Source: a virus. Taken from it: a stretch of 64,000 bases of DNA. Made by a program: the position numbers and the translations under genes. The stretch lies in IMG/VR virus record IMGVR_UViG_3300020172_005639, positions 1 to 64,000 of that record; one strand, 5' to 3'. The notes under the pieces are model-generated. The model worked only from the letters and a program-made list of their open reading frames with translations, did no database searches and had not been told where the DNA came from. Shown here piece by piece: positions 47,842-56,480 of this stretch. How positions within the stretch are numbered: the first letter of the stretch is position 1; each line of letters starts with the position of its first letter.

Positions 47842-49440
47842 ATGTCCAGCAAGTTTTTCCATGGCTCCAGCGTGCTTTTGGGCGACAACACCGTTCCAGG
47901 GGTGCAGCTTACTCCAGAGCTGAAGAAGTACATACCGATGGTCCTCAAGGCATGCAAGGATTGGGGGCTGGATTTCAATCCGACCGTGGTTCAACTGCTG
48001 ACCTATGACGAGATCAGCGAGATCGCAGCATACGGGGGATTCCCTGTCCGCTTTCCGCACTGGTCCTTCGGCATGGAGTACGAAGAGCTCCAGCGTGGGT
48101 ACGAGTTTGGTGCTCACAAAATATATGAAATGGTTATCAATAGCAATCCCTGCTATATCTACAACCTTTCGAGCAACACACTTGCGGACCACCTCACCGT
48201 GGTTGCGCACGCCACAGGCCACAACGACTTCTTCAAGAACAACATACACTTTTCAGCGACCGACACGAACATGCTGAACAAGATGGCCAACCACGGCACA
48301 AGGATTAGGAAGTACATAGCCAGGTGGGGCAAGGAGAGGGTTACTGAGTTCCTTGACCACGTCATGAGGCTCGAAACGCTCATCGATGGTGCAGAGGCGT
48401 GGACTGAGCGAGTTGTAAAGGAACCGAACATTCGCGATGAGCGCAAGTACAGGAAGCCTCACAGGCTGACCGTCGACAAGAGCCGCATGTACATGGAGCC
48501 ATTCCTCAACACCTCCGACTTCCGGCGGCGCGAGAACGAGAGGGTTCATGAGAGAGACCTTGCCGACGAGTTGGGAATCTTCCGGAACCCAACCAAGAAC
48601 ATACTGGGCTTTCTGCGCGACAATGCCCCGCTCAAGCCATGGCAGGCCGACATAGTCGCCATGCTTTATGAGGAGGCGATGTACTTCTATCCGCAGCGCC
48701 AGACCAAGGTTCTGAACGAGGGGTGGGCCTCCACAGTCGACAGCGTCATCATGGCTGAGAACGGGCTGATCGGCTTGGGACAGTCAAGTCACGACTGCGG
48801 CATAGTCGAGTATTCCGCCCATAAGATGGGCGTCCTTGGCGGCAAGTACTCGACCAACCCCTACAAGCTGGGCTACTATCTCTTGGCAGATATCAGGGAG
48901 AGATGGGATAAGGGCCGTTTTGGCCAGGAGTGGGAGGAGTGCACGGACCTGCACAAGAAGGAGAACTGGGACCTCCCGACCAATCTGGGCAAGGACAAGA
49001 TTTTCGAGGTCAGGAAGTACTACGACGACCTAACCTTCATCCATGAGTTCTTCACCGAGGACTTCTGCCGCAAGCAGGAGTACTTCTATTGGAAGCACTA
49101 CCCGAACGGCGAATACAGGATAGAGAGCAGGGACTTCCTGAAGATCAAGCGTTCGCTGATGAGAAAGCACATCAACGGCGGATTGCCCGACATCAAACTT
49201 GCAGAGCCGAACTATGCGGGCCGTGGCATCATGATGCTCCAGCACGAACACGATGGCAGGGAGCTGTATCTGCCCTATATCTCGGATGTGCTTGCTTCCA
49301 TCAGGGCAATCTGGAATAATGACGTGATCCTCAGCACCGTCGCCGACTCTGGTGAGGAGGTCATCTTCTACGCCAGCGGCTCGATGCCAGAGCGCGTCGA
49401 TAGCATGACGAGGAAAAAGTTCGACGCAATGATGGGCTGA
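47842..49440 (+). CDS. spoVR: SpoVR/YcgB family protein
   Basis: AYGGFPVRFPHWSFG, IYEMVIN, AHATGHNDFFKNN, YFYPQRQTKVLNEGWAS, NPYKLG. Confidence 0.93.
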   Translation: MSSKFFHGSSVLLGDNTVPGVQLTPELKKYIPMVLKACKDWGLDFNPTVVQLLTYDEISEIAAYGGFPVRFPHWSFGMEYEELQRGYEFGAHKIYEMVINSNPCYIYNLSSNTLADHLTVVAHATGHNDFFKNNIHFSATDTNMLNKMANHGTRIRKYIARWGKERVTEFLDHVMRLETLIDGAEAWTERVVKEPNIRDERKYRKPHRLTVDKSRMYMEPFLNTSDFRRRENERVHERDLADELGIFRNPTKNILGFLRDNAPLKPWQADIVAMLYEEAMYFYPQRQTKVLNEGWASTVDSVIMAENGLIGLGQSSHDCGIVEYSAHKMGVLGGKYSTNPYKLGYYLLADIRERWDKGRFGQEWEECTDLHKKENWDLPTNLGKDKIFEVRKYYDDLTFIHEFFTEDFCRKQEYFYWKHYPNGEYRIESRDFLKIKRSLMRKHINGGLPDIKLAEPNYAGRGIMMLQHEHDGRELYLPYISDVLASIRAIWNNDVILSTVADSGEEVIFYASGSMPERVDSMTRKKFDAMMG

Positions 49441-49441
49441 C

Positions 49442-49690
49442 ATGGAGGAAACTGACATGGAAGAGACTAATCTGCTCCTTACCCAGGAGTTCATCGCCTT
49501 CTCCGACAAGATAAAGTCTATCTTTGAAGAGAAAAGCTCTAAAAAGGCGGAACTCAAGGCCTTTTTTGAGAAGATCACCGCCGAGATTAAGGGGCTAGAC
49601 GCCAAGGCCAAAGCCGCCGAGGACGATTTTAACGCTTGGAAGAAGTCCCAGTCGGCCAACCAAGAGGCTGCCCCCAAGACCAAGTCCTGA
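49442..49690 (+). CDS. hypothetical coiled-coil protein
   Basis: 82 aa ORF. Confidence 0.6.
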   Translation: MEETDMEETNLLLTQEFIAFSDKIKSIFEEKSSKKAELKAFFEKITAEIKGLDAKAKAAEDDFNAWKKSQSANQEAAPKTKS

Positions 49691-49707
49691 ATGCCGTAAG
49701 GGCCGAT

Positions 49708-51105
49708 ATGCAGCCTAAGATAGTCGGCTTTGAGCACCTCCATCTTCACACCGATAACTCCCTCCTCGATGGTTACGGGATGGTGGAGGAGTATGCTCAT
49801 CGCGCCCCCAAGATAAACCAGAAGTTCCTTACAGTCAGTGACCACGGGATGCTGGGGGCAATCCCGAGGCAGATCAGGGCTTGCGAAAAGGCGTGCGAGT
49901 CTAAGGGCAAAGACGCCCTGAGTCCGATCTTTGCGTGCGAGCTCTATGTCAACAGCCTGCAGCCAGAATCTGACAGCCTAGATGACGTGAGGGCTTTCAT
50001 TTCCACTTTGGATGATTCGCAAAAGTCTAGGTTCAAGAGCAGCGCGCACCTTCTAGCCATCGCCTACAACGAAACGGGCTACAAGAACCTTGTCCGGCTT
50101 TCCTCCTGGGGCTGGACGAGGGGCTTCTATGGGCGGCCTCGAGTGAATCACGAGCAGCTCCTGAAGCACAAGGAGGGATTATTCTTCACGAGCTGCTGCT
50201 ACAACAGCGAGATAGGCCGTGCGTTCGACTCAGGCGGCGAGGAGCTCGGGTTCGACATGGTCGAGCGCTACATCGAGATGTTTGGCAAGGATCATTTCTT
50301 TCTTGAGATCATGCTGCTTGACTTCAAGAAGCAAAAACCCTATGACGCATTCATCATCAAGGCGCACCAGAAGTACGGACTGAAGGTCATAGTGACACAG
50401 GACGTCCACTACTGCAACAAGGAGGACAGCAAATATCAGAGGCTCATGCTGATGGTGCAGACCGGCAAGACCGTAAGGCAGATAGAGGAGGCGCTGCGCG
50501 AGAACAGCGGCTATGACGCGTTTGAGTTGCAGGACAGCAACCTTTGGATGAAGTCGGAGGAGGAGCTAAATGAGAAGTGGGTTTCCGACTACATGGAGGT
50601 CGTTCCCTATGAGGTCTTCCAGCAGGCAAAGCTCAACACCGTCGAAATCTGCAACAAGGCCAAGGGCGTTAAGCTTGATAGGAGCCTTAAGTTGCCGAAC
50701 ATACCCGACGCAGATGACATACTGCGCGACGAGGTAAAGAGCGGCTTCTTCGCTAGGCGACTTCCCAAGAACAAGGTATACCTTGACAGGCTCAAGGAGG
50801 AGCTGAGCCTGATCACGCGCAAGGGCTTCGCAAGCTACTTCCTTATCCAGAAGATGATGACAGACGAGGCTAGGCGCGTCTGCTCCGACATCATAGGTTT
50901 CGGCGATGGAACCCAGGCGGTCGGTCCCGGGCGTGGTTCTGCGGTAGGCGCGCTTGTCTGCTACTGCCTCGGTATTACTTCCGTCGATCCAGTTAGGGAA
51001 GGACTGCTCTTCAGCCGATTTCTTAGTGAGGCCAGAGGTGGTAGGTCGCTTCAGTTGAGGTTCAGGAACATGGACCCGCTGCCGCCCGATCAAGCATTCA
51101 GCTGA
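49708..51105 (+). CDS. dnaE: DNA polymerase III alpha, N-terminal part (PHP + start of polymerase core)
   Basis: HLHLHTDNSLLDG, SDHG, CELY, DVHY, GPGRGSAVGALVCYCLGIT-VDP...LLFSRFL; stops before PDID. Confidence 0.9.
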   Translation: MQPKIVGFEHLHLHTDNSLLDGYGMVEEYAHRAPKINQKFLTVSDHGMLGAIPRQIRACEKACESKGKDALSPIFACELYVNSLQPESDSLDDVRAFISTLDDSQKSRFKSSAHLLAIAYNETGYKNLVRLSSWGWTRGFYGRPRVNHEQLLKHKEGLFFTSCCYNSEIGRAFDSGGEELGFDMVERYIEMFGKDHFFLEIMLLDFKKQKPYDAFIIKAHQKYGLKVIVTQDVHYCNKEDSKYQRLMLMVQTGKTVRQIEEALRENSGYDAFELQDSNLWMKSEEELNEKWVSDYMEVVPYEVFQQAKLNTVEICNKAKGVKLDRSLKLPNIPDADDILRDEVKSGFFARRLPKNKVYLDRLKEELSLITRKGFASYFLIQKMMTDEARRVCSDIIGFGDGTQAVGPGRGSAVGALVCYCLGITSVDPVREGLLFSRFLSEARGGRSLQLRFRNMDPLPPDQAFS

Positions 51106-51938
51106 ACGGCTCTTGTGACTTCGCTCGGCTCCACGGTGTTTTGCCTGATTCGTAGAACCCTGAAATTCTTCGGGTCGCAGCATGGCAGCGAGGACGCCTT
51201 GTACCTCAACAACTCCGGCCTGCTGAAGACCCAAGACAGCATTTGGTGCTGCCAATAGATTCTCCTGAAAACCTTTTCCTCATCGGGGTACAGCAGTGTC
51301 ATTCTAGGGTGGCAAATCGCGCCGGCGTAATGGCTGGTGCCCGTGTCGCAACCCACGAACATATGGGACAACTCTATGATGCGGAATGTCGTGTGGATAT
51401 TGTCGCTTGCGAAGACGCCATCGGTTTCTTGCACCAGAGAGGCCTTTGCCTTGTCTATCACCATCAGGGAGTTGGGCCAGTGCCTCCTGATTTCCTTGAA
51501 TACTTCCAGGGCGTTGGCGGGCGATAGCTCCCTGTCTTCGTTGTATTCGGCCTTCAGGCATGGGCAGAATACGCAGTCGTACCTTGCTTGGCTGCCGCTG
51601 TGGCAAGAGTTGGATGATGTGTAGAAACCCTCGTCCCTTAAAAAAGGCGCCCAGACCCAAAGATTGAGCGGGTCGAACTTGGGGAGTCTGCGTTCATTAC
51701 CCCTTACGAATCTCACAATTTCGCTGGGAAAAACTGCTGCGGCCGAAACCTTTTGGCATGCGTCTCTGTAGTCTATCTCTAGGCCTTTGTGCTTCAGGTA
51801 TGCCATCATGGCCGTCGTCTGTATCTCGTCGCCTATTCTGTTCTCGGGATGCTCGTGGTATATGCCGTACTCCACGCTCTCCCAGTTACTTTTGAACTCA
51901 AACCATATTTTGTCCATCTGACTCTCTCGGGTTGTCAT
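51090..51938 (-). CDS. GT9-like glycosyltransferase
   Basis: RIGDEI and FVGCDTGTSHYAG. Confidence 0.65.
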   Translation of the reverse strand: MTTRESQMDKIWFEFKSNWESVEYGIYHEHPENRIGDEIQTTAMMAYLKHKGLEIDYRDACQKVSAAAVFPSEIVRFVRGNERRLPKFDPLNLWVWAPFLRDEGFYTSSNSCHSGSQARYDCVFCPCLKAEYNEDRELSPANALEVFKEIRRHWPNSLMVIDKAKASLVQETDGVFASDNIHTTFRIIELSHMFVGCDTGTSHYAGAICHPRMTLLYPDEEKVFRRIYWQHQMLSWVFSRPELLRYKASSLPCCDPKNFRVLRIRQNTVEPSEVTRAVQLNA

Positions 51939-52746
51939 GGAGTCCCGAAAAAGGGCAGCGAGCTATTTTAGCTTCGGCATTTGGCAAACCCTGATTGTTT
52001 AGTATCCTCTTCCGCTCCATGTAAAACGTGGTTGAGTCTTTGAAGGAATTCTCCTTCGGTTTTCCGAACTTTCTTTCGTTGTAACGCATCCAGTATTCAA
52101 AAACTTCATTTGACTCTTGGGTTTCCCTGTTCGCTTCTGACACTTCCAGTTTCCAATCCGATGAGTATGTCTCTCTCTGCATTGGTATCAACTGCGCTAT
52201 CGGGTTCGATTGGTCTCTTCTAAATGACACAGGCTCGTTGATCCTGTCGAAGACAAGGTTCATCCAGATGTCATATTGCATCCAGTCGGTTTCAAGAACT
52301 CCGTCCATGACATGGAAGGGCTGGGACTGGTAATTTATCGGGCTTTTGATGTGCAGGCACCATCCGGGTGGCGTCTTGAAGATCAGGCCGGTCCACAGCT
52401 GCAGAACGTTCGGCTCAACGCTGCCGAGAGACATCTTTGTCCTTCCCGTTCCGAACGGGCACCATTTGTCGGGGTTGACGCCGTCCTCGGGCCTCACCAG
52501 CCTTCGCACCAAGTGGGCGTCTTCGTCGGAGTTGTAGTACTCGTCTAGGAACCTGACCCCGAACTTTTCGCCCGTCCACACGACGTCAAAGTCGGATGGA
52601 GGGTAAAGCCACCAGCCAAGTGCGTTCACCGTGCTGAAGGGGTGGCACCACTTCACGCCCTCCTTATGGGCCGTACCGCAAAGGGTTTTCTCGGCCTTTT
52701 GTATGCGGCAGGCCTGTGGGTGCAGTTGGTAGGCCTGCAGCGACAT
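51898..52746 (-). CDS. DUF6065-like protein
   Basis: C-PF...N..GW, FKTPPGW, PIN, GVLETDW, PIAQLIP; start MSLQAY directly at the tmRNA 3' end. Confidence 0.65.
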   Translation of the reverse strand: MSLQAYQLHPQACRIQKAEKTLCGTAHKEGVKWCHPFSTVNALGWWLYPPSDFDVVWTGEKFGVRFLDEYYNSDEDAHLVRRLVRPEDGVNPDKWCPFGTGRTKMSLGSVEPNVLQLWTGLIFKTPPGWCLHIKSPINYQSQPFHVMDGVLETDWMQYDIWMNLVFDRINEPVSFRRDQSNPIAQLIPMQRETYSSDWKLEVSEANRETQESNEVFEYWMRYNERKFGKPKENSFKDSTTFYMERKRILNNQGLPNAEAKIARCPFSGLHDNPRESDGQNMV

Positions 52747-53094
52747 GGAGTTGAGGGGAGTCGAACCCCTGTCTTCAGCGAGAGACATCCGGACCTCTAC
52801 ATGCTTTTTGCGTCGTTCGTTTTCTGTCTTCGGACCACGGCGCACAGAGGTCTCTAGACAACACCAACATAAACTATCGCCACGCAAGTTGGCAGCGCGA
52901 CGTTTGCGGGATTTACTTCGGGCCTTTGGGCGCTACCCGCTCGCCCCCTCGGCCCGTGGCAGACCTAAATTAGGCAGCCAGGGAAAGAACAGTTTCGTCG
53001 TTTGTTGCGACAGCCGAATTTTTAAGAGGCCATTCGGCCAACCTCTGCATGCCATCCGGGCGCCGCACCGTTGAATCGATACCGGAACAACCCC
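52746..53094 (-). ncRNA. ssrA: transfer-messenger RNA
   Basis: 5' GGGGUUG pairs with 3' CAACUCC-A (G3.U); T-arm GGGGUUCGACUCCCC; internal tag ORF ATNDETVLSLAA* (53008-52970); about 349 nt. Confidence 0.92.
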
Positions 53095-53170
53095 GTTTTG
53101 TCGGAAGTAATTTTTCTCCCGACGACATTATATATGTAACACGGGCCGAATCAATCCAAATGGAGAAATC

Positions 53171-54088
53171 ATGGGATACATTTCATTTCACGAGTATGTG
53201 GACAAGAATAGAAAGTCCCCCAAGAAGGGCGACAAATCGCCAAAAGCAAAAACTGCAGTTGTCGCCGACTACGACGGTCCCATGAAGGATTCGCCTGAGC
53301 TTGCGAAAATGCCAGCCGATGCTGGCGGAGTCGGCCAGTCCGGCAAAGTCACCCCCTACAAAGGCGGGAAGGACGCCGCTGACCCCAACAAGGGCAAGCT
53401 GGCGGACGGTCTGGCAAAGAAGCCCGGCAAACAGGGAATGGGAGAGCTTGGAAAGCCAGAGAAGGTTCTTGGCAACTATCCCTCCATCAAGACATCTGAG
53501 TGGCTTGACACCCACAAGGGCCTCTCCCTCTCGGAGTTCGCCAAAAAGGTGAGGGAGGATAGGCTGTCTGGCATCAAGAACCCCAGTCGCGCCTACGAGT
53601 CCATCAAGGAAACTGTCGATGTCTGCAAGAAAAACGGCTCTTATGTGATGGACGTGGTTCTTGAGATGAGGCGCTCCGGACTGGCAGGCACCTTTGTTTC
53701 CGTTCTTGCCCAACAGCCAGAGTGCATAAACGTCATCGCCCACATGATGGAGAATGACGAGAGCTTCGCCCGAAAGCTCAGCATGGCTTTGGAAGAAATG
53801 GTCGGTCCTCCCGTGGGCGGCGACGAAGAGATGGAAGACGATCGCGAGGATATGGGCGGCGAGCCGGAGGAGGGCGACGAGCCTGTCGATGGCGAGGCCG
53901 GAGAGTCTGATGATGAGGACATGGAGGACGCTGAGGCCGAAGGAGAGGACGAGCTCTCCGATGACGGCGAGGGCGACGAGGTTGAGGATGCAGAGATGGA
54001 GGTTGAGGTTAAACCCTTAGAGAAGCCCATGAGCAAGGCCAAGGACAACCTCCAGAAGATGCTCATGAAGATGATGGGTCACCGATAG
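53171..54088 (+). CDS. hypothetical protein with Lys-rich N-terminus and highly acidic C-terminal tract (possible head internal/scaffold protein)
   Basis: 305 aa ORF, MGYISFHEY start, TATATA at 53129-53134. Confidence 0.7.
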   Translation: MGYISFHEYVDKNRKSPKKGDKSPKAKTAVVADYDGPMKDSPELAKMPADAGGVGQSGKVTPYKGGKDAADPNKGKLADGLAKKPGKQGMGELGKPEKVLGNYPSIKTSEWLDTHKGLSLSEFAKKVREDRLSGIKNPSRAYESIKETVDVCKKNGSYVMDVVLEMRRSGLAGTFVSVLAQQPECINVIAHMMENDESFARKLSMALEEMVGPPVGGDEEMEDDREDMGGEPEEGDEPVDGEAGESDDEDMEDAEAEGEDELSDDGEGDEVEDAEMEVEVKPLEKPMSKAKDNLQKMLMKMMGHR

Positions 54089-54115
54089 TCGGTTTTGCCA
54101 AAAAGTTTGATATGC

Positions 54116-54146
54116 AAGACCCCCTCTGACAGGGGGTCTTCTATTT
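54116..54146 (+). terminator. probable terminator hairpin
   Basis: AAGACCCCCT-CTGAC-AGGGGGTCTT then T-rich. Confidence 0.6.
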
Positions 54147-54181
54147 ATAATTGCTCGTCTATTTCTAAAAAAGGGCGAGCA

Positions 54182-55408
54182 ATGAAGATATCAGTTTTTA
54201 CTCCAACGCACAATCCGAAATATCTGAATAGGCTTTACGAGTCACTTAAGGCTCAAACATCACCTGACTGGGAGTGGGTGGTGGTTCCCAACGGGACCTG
54301 TGTTGTGAGTCTGCCGAGTGATCCACGCATCAAGGTGGTGGCCACGAATTCCAGCACCAATATCGGTTACCTTAAGAAGTTTGCCTGCTCACAAGCCACA
54401 GGTGAGATCTACATGGAGGTGGATCACGATGACGAGCTTTTCCCCGATGCCATAGCTGAGTGCGCCAAGGCCTTTTCAGACCCGACCGTGGATTTCGCCT
54501 ACTCCAACTGCTGCGACGTCACCGAGGGCTACAAGCCAAGGGTGTTCAGCGAGACTTTTGGGTGGCTCAACCGCCCCTGCAAATTCAAAGAACACGAGCT
54601 CATGGAGATGGTCTGCTTCGAGCCCGACCCTGCAAGCATCAGCAAGATATGGTTTGCCCCCAACCACTTCAGGGCATGGAGGGCGTCCTTCTACAACCGC
54701 ATCGGCGGCCATGACGAGTCGATGGACATTCTTGACGACCAGGACATTCTTTGCAGAACTTATATCCATGGCAAGATGCGCCATATCGACAAACCCCTTT
54801 ATGTCTACCACATCCATGAGGGTAACACCTGCTACGGCGACAAGAACGCCAAAATTCAGGACATGACTCTAGAGCTTCACGACAAGTACATCTACCAGCT
54901 CGTTGAGAAGTGGTGCGACCTAAAGGGACTCAAGAAGATTGACCTGTGCGGGGGCCACAGCAAGCCGCCCGGCTATGAGAGCATCGACCTCTTGAACGGC
55001 GACATCGTCCACGACCTCAACAAGCCTTGGCCCTTCAAGGATGGCGAGGTGGGTTTGTTCCGTGCGCACGACGCCCTGGAGCACCTATCGGACACAATCC
55101 ACGTGATGAAGGAGGCGCACAGGTGCCTTGCGCCCAAGGGTTGGTTCCTGACCTTCACCCCCTCAACCGACGGTCGAGGAGCCTTCCAAGACCCAACGCA
55201 CATCAAGTTTTTCAACAGCAACAGCTTCTGGTACTACACTAAGAAGGATCAGGCGCAGTACATCGGAACGCCGGTGAGGTTCCAACTAAATAGAATCAAG
55301 AATTACTACCCAAATGACTGGTGCAAGATGCACGACATCGTGTATGTTAAAGCCGATCTATACAAGTTTGACGAAACCGGGAGAACCCCGGGACTTATTG
55401 AGATCTGA
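54182..55408 (+). CDS. GT2 glycosyltransferase + methyltransferase fusion
   Basis: ISVFTPTHN, EVDHDD, IGGHD; C-terminal IDLCGG, DLNKPWPF, HDALEH, QDPTH. Confidence 0.85.
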   Translation: MKISVFTPTHNPKYLNRLYESLKAQTSPDWEWVVVPNGTCVVSLPSDPRIKVVATNSSTNIGYLKKFACSQATGEIYMEVDHDDELFPDAIAECAKAFSDPTVDFAYSNCCDVTEGYKPRVFSETFGWLNRPCKFKEHELMEMVCFEPDPASISKIWFAPNHFRAWRASFYNRIGGHDESMDILDDQDILCRTYIHGKMRHIDKPLYVYHIHEGNTCYGDKNAKIQDMTLELHDKYIYQLVEKWCDLKGLKKIDLCGGHSKPPGYESIDLLNGDIVHDLNKPWPFKDGEVGLFRAHDALEHLSDTIHVMKEAHRCLAPKGWFLTFTPSTDGRGAFQDPTHIKFFNSNSFWYYTKKDQAQYIGTPVRFQLNRIKNYYPNDWCKMHDIVYVKADLYKFDETGRTPGLIEI

Positions 55409-55502
55409 GCTGTGCAAGCAACTGAGACGGACAGGCCTTGTAATCGCTGGGCTTGTCCGCAATTGTTTCAATTGCCTTCCAGAAAGGGGCTAGGACGAAA
55501 AC

Positions 55503-56471
55503 ATGCCATCGCCTGACAGTCGAATCTCAAGAATAAAAAGCATCATTAGGGGAAGCGGATTGTCTGAATATCAGGTTTTCCCAGTTTCCGATCAAGACAG
55601 GGCATCCGACAAGCTCACAGACTGCGTCCAGTGGACGTCTTCGGACAACAAGAATTTCATACCCACCTCTAGGACTGTTGAGAGACTGCCCCCTGGAACA
55701 TACGATATCGGCATGAACCAGGCCAATGGCCTGTTCTTCGAGAAGGTCCCGGTCTTGGAAAACGATCTGGTGGTCTTCCCGGAGAGCAACACCGAGAAGA
55801 TCGTCGGGGAGATTCGCCGCTTCTGGGATCGTGAGGAAATATACCGACGCCACAGGCTCGCCTTCAAGCGGGGTATACTTTTGTACGGCCCTCCGGGGTC
55901 TGGCAAGAGTTGCACGATACAGTTGGTCATGAACGACGTGGTGCAGAGGAATGGCATCGTCATTAACTTTTGCGAGGCCGACCTGTTTGTCGCAGGCGCA
56001 AGAAAGTTAAGAGAGATTCAGCCCGACACCCCCGTGGTCGTGCTGATGGAGGACGTAGACTCCATATTGCAAGACAACGAGGAGAGCTCCGTTCTCAATG
56101 TGCTGGACGGCGTGAACCAGATCGACAAGGTTGTGTTCCTCGCCACAACCAACTACCCCGAAAGGCTTGGCGAAAGAGTCATCAATAGGCCCAGCAGATT
56201 CGACAAGCGCTTTAAGATCGGATATCCAGACGAGAGGACGAGGCGGATATATTTTGAGCGAATCATCGGCGACAAGCTGATAGGCGATCTGAAAATCGAC
56301 TTGGACTTGTGGGTCAGGAAGACCGACGAGTTTAGCATGGCCCACCTTAAGGAGCTTTTTGTGGCGGTTGCAGTCCTTGGGGACGACTTCGACGAGGCAG
56401 TTGAAACTTTGATCTCAATGAAGGAAGATGGCATAAGCTCCAGAGATGATGCAAAGAAGATGGGCTTCTAG
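55503..56471 (+). CDS. AAA+ ATPase
   Basis: RGILLYGPPGSGKS, MEDVD, LNVLDG, ATTNYPE, RPSRFD. Confidence 0.9.
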   Translation: MPSPDSRISRIKSIIRGSGLSEYQVFPVSDQDRASDKLTDCVQWTSSDNKNFIPTSRTVERLPPGTYDIGMNQANGLFFEKVPVLENDLVVFPESNTEKIVGEIRRFWDREEIYRRHRLAFKRGILLYGPPGSGKSCTIQLVMNDVVQRNGIVINFCEADLFVAGARKLREIQPDTPVVVLMEDVDSILQDNEESSVLNVLDGVNQIDKVVFLATTNYPERLGERVINRPSRFDKRFKIGYPDERTRRIYFERIIGDKLIGDLKIDLDLWVRKTDEFSMAHLKELFVAVAVLGDDFDEAVETLISMKEDGISSRDDAKKMGF

Positions 56472-56480
56472 GGGAGAAAA

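Noticed and set aside
52746-52775. tRNA suggested by the T-arm GGTTCGACTCC
   Set aside because: It is the 3' tRNA-like domain of the tmRNA; no anticodon arm
52747-52887. N-terminal extension of the 51898-52887 ORF
   Set aside because: Lies inside the tmRNA; start reassigned to 52746
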